DNA of 64,000 nucleotides from Thermoplasmata archaeon (GCA_049285595.1 JBAQAF010000049.1:12538-76537); one strand, 5' to 3'. Counted from the first letter of the stretch, positions 35,042 to 43,503 are shown. The notes: generated by a model from the sequence alone, not told the origin. Program-made: numbers and translations.

Positions 35042-35287
35042 TCACTCGCGGGTCCGGGAATTCGTAGAGTCGAACGCCGAGGGGGGTCGCAACCGTATCC
35101 CCTCGGGGGATTCGGCGGTCAACAGGTCCCGAGCGCACTGTTCCAGGATCCGGTTCAGACCGGCCAATGATATCGTATGACCGCGGGCCTTGAGAGCGGC
35201 CAACAACTTCCGCCGGCGAATCGGGCCGCCGTCCGTGCGGAGAATCGTGACGACCGCATCGATCGACCCTGCCGGGATTCCGTCCAT
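35042..35287 (-). CDS. Hypothetical small protein, possibly winged-helix
   Basis: Only the C-terminal 81 aa of track ORF 35042..35539 look protein-like (MDGIPAGSIDAVVTILRTDGGPIRRRKLLAALKARGHTISLAGLNRILEQ). Support is weak. Confidence 0.3.
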   Translation of the reverse strand: MDGIPAGSIDAVVTILRTDGGPIRRRKLLAALKARGHTISLAGLNRILEQCARDLLTAESPEGIRLRPPSAFDSTNSRTRE

Positions 35288-35778
35288 CGCTTCGGAGACG
35301 ACGCGGGCGGTCCTATACCGATTGCCGCACGGTCCTTCCGGAGATCTCGGGCGTTGTCTCGTCGGTGCGGTCCCCGGCCACTCACAGGGCGTGGGGAGAT
35401 GAGAGACCGTGCCGGGGGCATCCATCGTGTCGATCGACCGCTCCCCGTCACCCGGAGCGCAATGCTGACCGGGTCGCATTCCGCGTACCGGGTCTCGGGC
35501 CTCCTCCGTCCGTTCCCCGGGGGGAGGCTCGGTCACCACCCCACCGTCCCGGTGAGTCAGGTCACGGCGGGTCGGACCGTTAGACTACGAGGGGGACTGT
35601 GGCGATGGAGTCGGGTCGTTCCCCCGAGATTCACGGCCACCCTCCCGGTGGGACCGGGCGCCCACCGGATTCGGGCGGAGCGAGACACTTCCTCCTGGGT
35701 CAACGGAAACCGTTGGGGCCGAGGGCGGCCCGTGCGCGAACCTTCCTATAGGAGAGTCCGCTTCGGGGTCCGGGGAGC

Positions 35779-36864
35779 GTGCGCGCGTCGACCATGACCG
35801 ATCCACCGAAGCTCGACCCGGAGAAGCTGAATCAGTTCGTCGGTAAGTTCGTCCAGGACCTGGGAGCCGCCGCCCACGGCGCCACCGTCGTCCTCGGGGA
35901 GAAGCTGGGACTCTACAGGGCCCTCAACGTCCCGGGAGGGATGACCTCCGCCGAGCTCGCCACGTCGACCGAGACGCATGAGCGGTTCGTCCGGGAGTGG
36001 CTCTCCGCTCAGGTAGCGTCGGGGTGGATCAGCTACCAAGCCGATCAAGGAAAATTCTACCTCACACCCGAACAGGCGTTCGTTCTCACCGACGAGAAGG
36101 GCCCGGCGTACTTTCCGGGGGCGTACCTGATCGTCTCCTCGGCGTACCAAGATCTGAGCCGGACCGCGACGGCGTTCAGGTCGGGGGTCGGGGTCGGTTG
36201 GCACGAGCGGTCCGAGAATCTGTTCGAGGGGACGAACAAGTTCTTCCGGCCCAATTACATCGCCAACCTGATCTCCGGATGGCTACCGGCCCTCGACGGC
36301 ATGGTGCCTCGAATGGAGCGGGGGGCCCGGGTCGCCGACGTGGGGTGCGGGTTCGGCTCCTCGACCCTTCTGATGGCCGCCGCCTTTCCGAGGTCCGAGT
36401 TCTTCGGCTTCGACTACCACCGGGGCTCGATCGATGCCGCTCGGGCGCAGGCAGCGCTCGACCGGGCCGTGGAGCGGGTCCATTTCGACCTCGCGCGAGC
36501 CCAGGATTATCCGGGGACGCAGTACGACCTTGTCACCTTCTTCGACTGCCTTCACGACATGGCCGACCCTGTCGGGGCCGCCCGGCATGTACGGTCGACG
36601 CTCAAGCCGGACGGCGTCTGGATGCTCGTGGAGCCGTTCGCCGGGGAGTCCCTCATGGCGAATCAGACCCCGGTCGGCCGCGTGTTCTATAGCGCCTCGA
36701 CAATGATCTGCACGCCCGCTTCCCTCTCCGAGACGGGAGGGGCTGGTCTGGGAGCTCAGGCCAGCGAAGCCCAACTTCGGGCGATTGCGGAGGCTGGCGG
36801 GTTCACTCGATTCCGACGGGCGACCGAGACGCCGTTCAACCGGGTGTTCGAGATTCGTCCGTAA
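35779..36864 (+). CDS. Class I SAM-dependent methyltransferase with N-terminal winged-helix/dimerisation-type domain
   Basis: Motif I is RVADVGCGFGSSTLLMA, followed by DLVTFFDCLHDMADP and WMLVEP. A TCCTATAGGA patch lies about 31 nt upstream of GTG 35779. ATG 35794 is an alternative start. Confidence 0.75.
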   Translation: MRASTMTDPPKLDPEKLNQFVGKFVQDLGAAAHGATVVLGEKLGLYRALNVPGGMTSAELATSTETHERFVREWLSAQVASGWISYQADQGKFYLTPEQAFVLTDEKGPAYFPGAYLIVSSAYQDLSRTATAFRSGVGVGWHERSENLFEGTNKFFRPNYIANLISGWLPALDGMVPRMERGARVADVGCGFGSSTLLMAAAFPRSEFFGFDYHRGSIDAARAQAALDRAVERVHFDLARAQDYPGTQYDLVTFFDCLHDMADPVGAARHVRSTLKPDGVWMLVEPFAGESLMANQTPVGRVFYSASTMICTPASLSETGGAGLGAQASEAQLRAIAEAGGFTRFRRATETPFNRVFEIRP

Positions 36865-36969
36865 CGTATCGCAGCGCTCCCTCGGTCCTATCTTTGAATC
36901 GTCTCGAGCAGGTCCACCGAGCGGTGGCCGGCCGCGCGGCCCTCTCCGTCGGGAGCGCAGCGGCCGGGC

Positions 36970-37449
36970 TTATGCCCGCTTGGTTCGAGCTTTGAGGTAG
37001 TCGCGCTCGATGAATCGGCCGAACTCGTTCCAGCTCTTCTCGACCGAGCTCACCCACTGCGACTTGGGCGGATTCTTCCCGCCGATCCCGTACGGGCTCC
37101 GGCGAGCGACGAGCGTCAGCTGGGTTTGATCGCCCGGGAGCTCCGTGAGCTGGTAGTCCAGGGAGTAGGCGCGGTGGCTTCCGATCGAGTCGGAGTGCCA
37201 GCGATTCGGTGGAAGCAGGCGCACCTGGTGCCGTGACCAGAACCAGCCGTCCTTGGAGTCTTCGAGATCCTCGTAGAGGACTTCGCGGGCGGTTCGGCGG
37301 AGAATCCGGCGTTGGTACGTCTCCCCCTCAAGACGCGCGTCCCCTGGCGTGTAGTCGGTGCACCAGCGGTAGACAAAATTCACGGGCGCGCGGAACTTCA
37401 CCCGTGCCTCGTAGCGCGGACCGGGCCATCGCTTCGGCATCGATTCCAT
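36970..37449 (-). CDS. SRPBCC (START/polyketide-cyclase-like) superfamily protein
   Basis: The 159-aa ORF has the pattern ...VKFRAPVNFVYRWCTDYTPGD...LTLVARR..., typical of SRPBCC ligand-binding folds. The assignment is tentative. Confidence 0.55.
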   Translation of the reverse strand: MESMPKRWPGPRYEARVKFRAPVNFVYRWCTDYTPGDARLEGETYQRRILRRTAREVLYEDLEDSKDGWFWSRHQVRLLPPNRWHSDSIGSHRAYSLDYQLTELPGDQTQLTLVARRSPYGIGGKNPPKSQWVSSVEKSWNEFGRFIERDYLKARTKRA

Positions 37450-37968
37450 CTCTCTCGACCCCGGCCCCTCAGGCGCAGGAAATTAAAGAATTCTGCGGTA
37501 CGGACCGTGCCTCCATTCGACCGTCCGCGGCGCTCTCGGCGGCGGTAGAGAAGGTGAGTCTCCCGAGGGGTGATCCGGGCTCGCGACGAACGGAACGCGG
37601 ATTTCAAAGTGTTCTCCGACCCCTTAACGATCGGACCGGGGCAGGATTCTCACCGATATCGGCGCGGACTACTTCTCAGTAGGCTGAGAGGGAACGGACG
37701 GTCGGTGGAATCGCCCCGAGGGACGGCGGGGAACCACTCCCTAGTTGTAGTGTGTCAGGACAAATCCCCTCGTGGGCAAGGGAAGGCGGTCCCCACAAGC
37801 GAACTCACCCCAGCACAAGGGACTCTATTCGGGGTTTCCAACGCGACCGATCCACGTTCTGCTTCGAACGAGCCCACCTCGGTACGGTAACAGGAACGCC
37901 AGCAGGGGGGGACGCGTACACTTCCCCCTTATGGGCTGCAAGGGGTGCAGTTCCGTCAGGCACGCGAA

Positions 37969-38358
37969 ATGACGGGTTGGTTCAAGGCCGCGGACGCGAA
38001 GGAGTTGCCCACGGGGACGATGAAGGGGATCGAGGTCGACGGAGCCAAGGTTCTACTGGTTCACGGCTCCTCAGGAATCCGCGCCTTTGAAGACCGCTGC
38101 GGCCACATGTCGGCCCCGATGAGCATCGGGACTTTCAAAGCTGGTGTGCTCAAGTGTGCGCTTCATTCCGCAGTGTTCGACGCCGAGACCGGGGCAGTCC
38201 GGGGACAGCCCCAGATGCACGTGCCTTCGGCGCAGCTCCCCCCGGAGATGATGGCAGCGATGGCCCAGATGGGTCAGATCATGGGTCAGATCCGCTGCGA
38301 GGCACTTCGGCCATACCCAGTGGCGGTTGAGAACGGCCACGTAATGGTCTACGTTTGA
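37969..38358 (+). CDS. Rieske [2Fe-2S] domain protein
   Basis: CGHMSAP (CxH) and CALHSAVF (CxxH) are about 20 aa apart, and an N-terminal MTGWFKAADAKELPTG pattern is present. The track ORF starts at 37945. Confidence 0.75.
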   Translation: MTGWFKAADAKELPTGTMKGIEVDGAKVLLVHGSSGIRAFEDRCGHMSAPMSIGTFKAGVLKCALHSAVFDAETGAVRGQPQMHVPSAQLPPEMMAAMAQMGQIMGQIRCEALRPYPVAVENGHVMVYV

Positions 38359-38835
38359 TGGTTCCGCGGGTCGGGCTCGAATTCAGTCACCGGCCCGATC
38401 CCTGGCGATCGAGATTTGATGGCGACCGAGCCGGGTGGTCCGGGAATCAGCTGATCGACCCGATGAATAGCCGTGGTATGCCGAAGATCCTCACGATTTG
38501 CCGTGGACCGCACGTGGGTCCGGTCATCCTGCGCTACAACAGACCGGCGGAATTCAGGGCGGCTCATCGCGGCGTCGACAAATTTTTCACAAAGCCTCCA
38601 CCTTTTTTGTGACGGCCGGTGGAAACGTGGGTCGGCTGTCCGAGTCTTCGAGAAGCCGGTCTCGGGATGTCGAAAGTACTCGGAGAGCGGGAATGGCGCG
38701 GGTCTGACTCTCGGGCGAGTTTTCCGGAACGTCTTCCCTCGGAGACCAAATTGAAAAGCGCAGTTAAATCGGCGAAACCAGCGCGGGCGCGGCGAGATTG
38801 CAACCCCCGGGGTCTCAAGATTTATATCTGGTAAG

Positions 38836-38847
38836 ATGTATATACAT
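38836..38847. promoter_or_regulatory. Perfect 12-nt palindrome ATGTATATACAT in an AT-rich patch upstream of arsR-family gene (TATA plus candidate operator)
   Basis: Read directly in the sequence. It is centred about 27 nt upstream of the GTG start at 38868. Confidence 0.5.
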
Positions 38848-38867
38848 TCAACAGATTACGCCCTGTA

Positions 38868-39203
38868 GTGGCCAACGATGTCTTCGCCGTACTGGCAGAT
38901 CCCACCCGACGGCGTCTCCTCAAGGAGCTCGCGTCGGGAGAGCGCACCGTGAACGACCTCGTGCGGCAGGTCGACATCGCACAGCCCGGCGTATCGCGTC
39001 ATCTCCACATCCTCCAGGAGGCCGGTTTCGTCGTCGCTCGCCCGGAGGGCCAGCATCGCTGGTACACGCTGCGGGCCGAGGCGTTCGAGGGACTGGTCGA
39101 TTGGATGCGCAGTGTCGCCCAGGATCAGGCAGGCCGCCTAAGGCGGTTGGCCGACCTCGTAGAGGGACCCAAGAAAATGAGAGCGAAGGGAAAGAAACCA
39201 TGA
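38868..39203 (+). CDS. ArsR/SmtB-family transcriptional regulator
   Basis: VFAVLADPTRRRLLKELASGERTVNDLVRQVDIAQPGVSRHLHILQEAGFV is the canonical ArsR HTH. Confidence 0.85.
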   Translation: MANDVFAVLADPTRRRLLKELASGERTVNDLVRQVDIAQPGVSRHLHILQEAGFVVARPEGQHRWYTLRAEAFEGLVDWMRSVAQDQAGRLRRLADLVEGPKKMRAKGKKP

Positions 39204-39682
39204 CCGAACAGTTCACGAAGCGAATGGATAGCGAAAGAGAGTTTGTCGTTGAACGCACACTCAAGGCAAGCCCCGAAAGGATCTTCGACGCCTACACGGA
39301 CGCGAAGCTCGTACCGCGGTGGTGGGCGCCTCCGGGCGGCTCCCTGCGGGTCGAACAGATGGACGTTCGCCCGGGTGGGAAGTATCGCTACGTGCAGCTG
39401 ACCCCCGGCGGGCAGGAACTGGTCTTCGTTGGTTCGTACATTCAGGTGGAGCCCCCCGTGCGGCTGGTGTACACTTTCGAGGTCGAGGGGCAAGGCAACC
39501 CCGTGACTACAACGGTGGAACTTCATCGTGAGGGTAGGTCGACCCGGGTCACCCTTACGAACCTTTGTGTCTCGAAAGAGGTCCGTGAGATGATGGTGAA
39601 GTACGGGGCGGTTGCGGGGGCGAACTCCGCGCTCCAGCAGCTAGCCAAGCTCCTCGAGCCGCCGGGGGGAACTGAACCATGA
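39200..39682 (+). CDS. AHSA1/Aha1-like SRPBCC domain protein
   Basis: ATG 39200 overlaps the ArsR stop (ATGA). The sequence is FVVERTLKASPERIFDAYTDAKLVPRWWAPPG...GGKYRY...RLVYTFE. Confidence 0.8.
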   Translation: MTEQFTKRMDSEREFVVERTLKASPERIFDAYTDAKLVPRWWAPPGGSLRVEQMDVRPGGKYRYVQLTPGGQELVFVGSYIQVEPPVRLVYTFEVEGQGNPVTTTVELHREGRSTRVTLTNLCVSKEVREMMVKYGAVAGANSALQQLAKLLEPPGGTEP

Positions 39683-40086
39683 AGGGCACGAAGAAGTCCG
39701 GCGCTTCTTCCGCGCCGATCGGGACGAAGACCGACGAACTATCCGATTGGCGAGCCGAAGCGCTCGACCGGTTTCGCCGCCTCATCAAGGAGGCAGACCC
39801 GGGGATCGTCGAGGAGCGCAAATGGAAGAAGCCATCGAATCCGAGCGGAATTCCCGTATGGTACCACGACGGGATAATCTGTACCGGCGAGACGTACAAG
39901 AACCACCTTAGGCTGACCTTCGCCGACGGGGCTGCTCTCCAGGACCCGACCGGCCTCTTCAATGCCAACCTCCAAGGCGTCACGCGAGCGATCGTCCTTC
40001 ATGAAGGCGGCTCGATCGACGGCAACGCCTTCAAGGCGCTGATCCGCGCCGCAGCGGCGCAGAACGCGTCCTCAGCCCGGGACTGA
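39679..40086 (+). CDS. DUF1801 (YdhG-like) domain protein
   Basis: It forms an ATGA overlap with the upstream gene. The pattern is WRAEALDRFRRLIKEADPGIVEERKWKKP...GIPVWYHDGIICTGETYKNHLRLTF. Confidence 0.7.
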   Translation: MKGTKKSGASSAPIGTKTDELSDWRAEALDRFRRLIKEADPGIVEERKWKKPSNPSGIPVWYHDGIICTGETYKNHLRLTFADGAALQDPTGLFNANLQGVTRAIVLHEGGSIDGNAFKALIRAAAAQNASSARD

Positions 40087-40380
40087 CCTTGAAGCCGCTG
40101 CTTGAGGTCGAGGAAGAGGCGAATCGGCCCCTCTGGGAGTCGTGAGGATCGGGGGCGGATGAACCTGACTAAAAAAATTGCGCTGTTGGACTCGTCCGGC
40201 CGATAGAGAAGGGGGGTCGAAGACCGCCCAATCAAACTACGTCGAGGACTGCGGAAAGTTCGCGACTCATTCAGCCAATAGAGTGTTGTTCTCATCCATC
40301 AGGGGCAATCCCCCAAGTCACAAGCGCGACTGAATGGCATGACTGTCGCCGTAACTTATCTCAGAAACTAGCAGCTTTCA

Positions 40381-40905
40381 TCATGGTTCAGACCCTTTGA
40401 AAGGAGGATCGTGGCTGAGCAATCTGTCGTCAGCGAAGTCGAGCCACCGGACTAACCATCCCGGTAAATTTCGAATGGGACATTTCGGATCTCCCAACAC
40501 TGCACAAGCCTGTGCGCGGCTGAGGGTGACGGTGAAGAATCGAGTACTTGTTAACAGGCGTACAATCCCAAGGGCGGCTGCGAATCTAGTTGTTCCCACC
40601 GACGTTAAGTCGTCCCAGTTGAGATCGGATTGCTTTCGATGATCGGTTCGCCAACCCCTCCGTTCGATGGTTACGCCTCGAGTGGTCACCCGAATGTTTC
40701 GGGACACCGAGCCGGGGAAAGGTAGGAGTCCCAAAAACATGCAGACGTAACCAGCAAGAATCGATGTCTCAACGACTACGCGGCCCTGACCGGAAAACGC
40801 CCATTCGAATATTGCAGCAAGTAATGTCCCCGTCAGGAATGCGAGGAGAACGTAGCGCGCCCAAATGCTCGACATGGAGGCCGAGATGGCGACCTCCTCG
40901 CTCAT
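40381..40905 (-). CDS. Hypothetical membrane protein (2 TM plus soluble C-terminal domain)
   Basis: From MSEEVAIS there are two hydrophobic helices (YVLLAFLTGTLLAAIF and ILAGYVCMFLGLLPF), followed by a ~100-aa domain. No family recognised. The start is uncertain; the track ORF extends to 40992. Confidence 0.4.
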   Translation of the reverse strand: MSEEVAISASMSSIWARYVLLAFLTGTLLAAIFEWAFSGQGRVVVETSILAGYVCMFLGLLPFPGSVSRNIRVTTRGVTIERRGWRTDHRKQSDLNWDDLTSVGTTRFAAALGIVRLLTSTRFFTVTLSRAQACAVLGDPKCPIRNLPGWLVRWLDFADDRLLSHDPPFKGSEP

Positions 40906-41266
40906 TCTACACGCCTGAGAAGCGAGAATCCTATCGGCCTTTGATTGTTGTGGGCATGTTCTTCCCTCGGTTGACGAATTCCATGTGAACAATCAATTGC
41001 GCGAATCCACAAGAGCGCGGAGGGACCCGCCCACATACGTTCGCTGTCGGATTCGTTCGGCCGATAGCGGAGGGTAGCCGGAAAAACGAACGATGGACCG
41101 ATAACTCTTCTCCTGAGTTGGCGGGGTGTTACACAAACCCCCTCGTAGACAAAGCTCTGCACGGTCCGGCGAGGACGGGATGGTAGACATGGTGCCCCTT
41201 TCGAACCCTTCTCGGTTGCAAAAGCGGCGGGAGGGTCCTTAATCTAGGAGCGACCGTTTTCGCGCC

Positions 41267-43201
41267 GTGGCCAAGACCCGTCGCCTCGCCGCAATCATGT
41301 TCACCGACATGGTTGGATACACAGCGGGCACCCAGGCCGACGAGTCGGCCACGCTCGCACTTCGAAAGGAGCAGGAAAACCTCATTCGACCTGTGCTGGC
41401 CGCGCACCAGGGCCGGAAGGTCAAATCGACCGGTGACGGCTTTTTGGTCGAATTTGAGAGCGCTCTCAAAGCAACCGAGTGTGCCCTGAGCATTCAGAGG
41501 CGGATCCACGAACGCAATGCGAGAGTCGGAGTCAAACCGATCCAGCTGCGAATCGGTATCCACCTTGGTGACGTCGAACAGGAAGGCACCGACATTTTCG
41601 GTGACGCCGTGAATATCGCGGCTCGAATCGAGCCCGTCGCAGAGCCCGGAGGAATCTGTCTCACGGGCGCGGTCTACGAACAGGTCCGGAACAAGATTCC
41701 GGACAAGCTCGAGAAGCTTCCACCCAAAGAACTCAAAGGCGTCGAAGTTCCGATGGACATTTACCGGGTGGTGTTGCCCTGGACCGCCCCAGAATCGGCC
41801 CCGCCTCGGCCCGGACCCGCGCGACTGGCGGTCCTTCCGCTGAAAAACATCAGCCCGGACCCAATGGATGAGTACTTCGCTGACGGCCTAACGGAGGAGC
41901 TCATTGGTACTCTTTCGAAGATTCGGGAACTCCGGGTCATCGCTCGAACCTCCGTCGGCCAGTACAGGGCGACCTCGAAGACCGTTGCTCAGATCGGGAG
42001 CGAACTCGGCGTCACCACCGTCCTCGAGGGGAGCGTACGGAAGGCGGGCAACCGCCTTCGGATCACGCTGCAACTCATTGACGCACGCACTCAGGAACAC
42101 ATCTGGGCCAACAATTACGATCGCGATCTTGACGACGTGTTCGCGATTCAGACTGAGATTGCGGAGAACACGGCGAGCGCGCTTCGACTCGAGCTCCTCC
42201 GGCCAGAACGAGAGTCGATCGAGAAGGTCCCAACTACCGACCTCGCAGCGTACCATCTCTATTTGAAAGGAATCCATGCGAGTTCGGCGGAGGATTCAGT
42301 CCGATTCTTCGAGGAGGCGATTCGGAACGATCCGCACTTTTCCGAAGCGCATTCGCACTTGGCGAATGTGTTGATCGACCGTACCCTCACCACCTTCGCG
42401 GGTCCTCAGGCAAACCAACGCGTTCGGGAGCTGGTTGCCAAAGCAATCGAGCTCGACCCGAGCTCAGCGGACGCGCACACGGCTCGCGGCAACATGACTT
42501 TCCAGTGGGACCACGACTGGGAAGTCGCCGAGACCGAGCTTCGCCGCGCGATCTCTCTCAATCCGAGCCACGCCAACGCCCACCATTGGTACGGACACCT
42601 TCTGAAGGCGCTGAATCGCTACGACGAAGCGGTAAAGGAGTTCACGATCTACAAGGAGCTGAACCCGGACTGGTTACATCCAGGATGTTGGCTGCTGACA
42701 TGCCAGATTCTCGCAGGTGACCCCGCCCCAGTAATCGCGCGAGTCGAACAAGCTCGTGACAAATCGCCAGCGGACCCTGAACTACGTGTGATGCTGGGCA
42801 TACTGTATCTCCAAGAGGGCCGGATAAACGACGCGCGGAGAGAGGCAGAACGCGCACAGGGGCGAATGGATGGCTGGAGCGAGTGGAATCGTGCGGTTCT
42901 CTGGGCTCAGGTGGGGAGAACCGACGACGCTCGTCGCGTGCTGAGGGAGATGGAGGAAGCATCCCCCAGGTATGTCGCCCCCGAGGGTGTTGCCAGCATC
43001 TACGCTGCGCTTGGAGAGAAGGCGAAGGCGCTCGAGTGGCTGGAACGGGAACACGGGGAGGGGGCTAGTTATCTCGTGTTGGATTACCAATCCCGGATCT
43101 TCGATTCGATTCGAGATGATCCCGGCTTCCGCTCGGTTCTCGAGAGGCTTAAACTGCCAACGGAAGTAAAGTGGACAAGAGGCGCACGGACCAGCCCCTG
43201 A
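41267..43201 (+). CDS. Class III adenylate/guanylate cyclase fused to a TolB-N-like domain and TPR repeats
   Basis: The cyclase core is AAIMFTDMVGYT...STGDGFLVEF...IGIHLGDVE...GDAVNIAARIE. It is followed by LAVLPLKNISPDPMDEYFADGLTEELI...VLEGSVRKAGNRLRITLQLID and C-terminal TPR-like repeats. Confidence 0.85.
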   Translation: MAKTRRLAAIMFTDMVGYTAGTQADESATLALRKEQENLIRPVLAAHQGRKVKSTGDGFLVEFESALKATECALSIQRRIHERNARVGVKPIQLRIGIHLGDVEQEGTDIFGDAVNIAARIEPVAEPGGICLTGAVYEQVRNKIPDKLEKLPPKELKGVEVPMDIYRVVLPWTAPESAPPRPGPARLAVLPLKNISPDPMDEYFADGLTEELIGTLSKIRELRVIARTSVGQYRATSKTVAQIGSELGVTTVLEGSVRKAGNRLRITLQLIDARTQEHIWANNYDRDLDDVFAIQTEIAENTASALRLELLRPERESIEKVPTTDLAAYHLYLKGIHASSAEDSVRFFEEAIRNDPHFSEAHSHLANVLIDRTLTTFAGPQANQRVRELVAKAIELDPSSADAHTARGNMTFQWDHDWEVAETELRRAISLNPSHANAHHWYGHLLKALNRYDEAVKEFTIYKELNPDWLHPGCWLLTCQILAGDPAPVIARVEQARDKSPADPELRVMLGILYLQEGRINDARREAERAQGRMDGWSEWNRAVLWAQVGRTDDARRVLREMEEASPRYVAPEGVASIYAALGEKAKALEWLEREHGEGASYLVLDYQSRIFDSIRDDPGFRSVLERLKLPTEVKWTRGARTSP

Positions 43202-43351
43202 CTGCTCCGAGGGGAATCGCGGACCACGATCCGGACAGTACCGAGTGAGTGTGGCGATAGCCTCAACCGGCCTCCGGGGAAGGGCAAGTCCGGAGCCGGT
43301 TGGATTCCCACAGTTAGGGTCTCCTTTGAAAACCGACCGGTTTCAAGGCGG

Positions 43352-43398
43352 GCTGCGTGGATTGACGGATTCGAACCCTCGAGTGTTAGAATCCGGCC
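43352..43398 (-). pseudogene. Decayed tRNA 3'-half-like fragment directly abutting the tRNA-Arg 3' end
   Basis: The minus strand reads GGCCGGATTCTAACACTCGAGGGTTCGAATCCGTCAATCCACGCA. It has a T-arm-like GAGGG-TTCGAAT-CCGTC with one stem mismatch, an anticodon-arm-like CCGGATTCTAAC and no 5' half. Confidence 0.4.
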
Positions 43399-43473
43399 CG
43401 GGCGCGGAGGGATTTGAACCCTCGACCGCCGGGTTAGGAACCCGGTGCCCTATCCAGGCTAAGCTACGCGCCC
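43399..43473 (-). tRNA. tRNA-Arg (anticodon CCU)
   Basis: The minus strand reads GGGCGCGUAGCUUAGCCUGGAUAGGGCACCGGGUUCCUAACCCGGCGGUCGAGGGUUCAAAUCCCUCCGCGCCCG. I folded the cloverleaf by hand: a 7-bp acceptor, a 4-bp D stem, the anticodon stem CCGGG/CCCGG with loop UUCCUAA, a 5-nt variable loop and the T stem GAGGG/CCCUC. CCA is not encoded. Confidence 0.85.
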
Positions 43474-43496
43474 TCGATGGACTGGTGCGATTTCGC

Positions 43497-43503
43497 AATT
43501 AAT
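43497..43503 (-). promoter_or_regulatory. TATA-like AATTAAT upstream of tRNA-Arg
   Basis: It is an AT patch 24-30 nt upstream of the tRNA 5' end on the minus strand. Confidence 0.45.

Larger units (their letters stand above)
36900..43398. mobile_element. Putative horizontally acquired island or decayed integrated element abutting the 3' end of tRNA-Arg
   Basis: The stretch is visibly AT-richer than its flanks. My counts of single 60-nt lines gave 29/60 GC at 40321 and 33/60 at 41521, against 42/60 at 10801. It has several ~250-500 nt gene-free gaps, carries bacterial-type cargo and ends at a tRNA-like fragment. No integrase was found. The left boundary is approximate. Confidence 0.35.

Noticed and set aside
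37841-37868. Similarity between GGGGTTTCCAACGCGACCGATCCACG (plus strand) and the T-arm/acceptor part of the tRNA-like fragment, as a possible second att repeat marking the left island border.
   Set aside because: The match is gapped and weak, and the two copies are in inverted rather than direct orientation. That is not what tRNA-targeted integration produces, so it is probably chance.
37680-37945. Possible SRP RNA, RNase P RNA or riboswitch, suggested by short strings such as GUCAGGAC, AAGGGAAGG and CAGGAACGCCAGCAGG.
   Set aside because: I could not pair a helix 5/helix 8 architecture, did not find the GGAAAGUCC-type RNase P core, and found no terminal stem. Without a covariance-model search the call would be invention. 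I kept it only as an unexplained structured gap.
38798-39682. 294-aa ORF spanning the ArsR gene region.
   Set aside because: Its first ~135 codons overlap the clearly motif-bearing ArsR gene in another frame and are Arg/Gly/Pro-rich. Only the part from ATG 39200 (the AHSA1-like domain) is credible.
43352-43398. Reading the tRNA-like fragment as a suppressor or Pyl-type tRNA piece with a CUA anticodon (loop UUCUAAC).
   Set aside because: The flanking bases do not form an anticodon stem in that register, the T stem has a mismatch and there is no 5' half. By analogy to the adjacent tRNA-Arg, it is more simply a decayed Arg-type 3' half with a 1-nt loop deletion.
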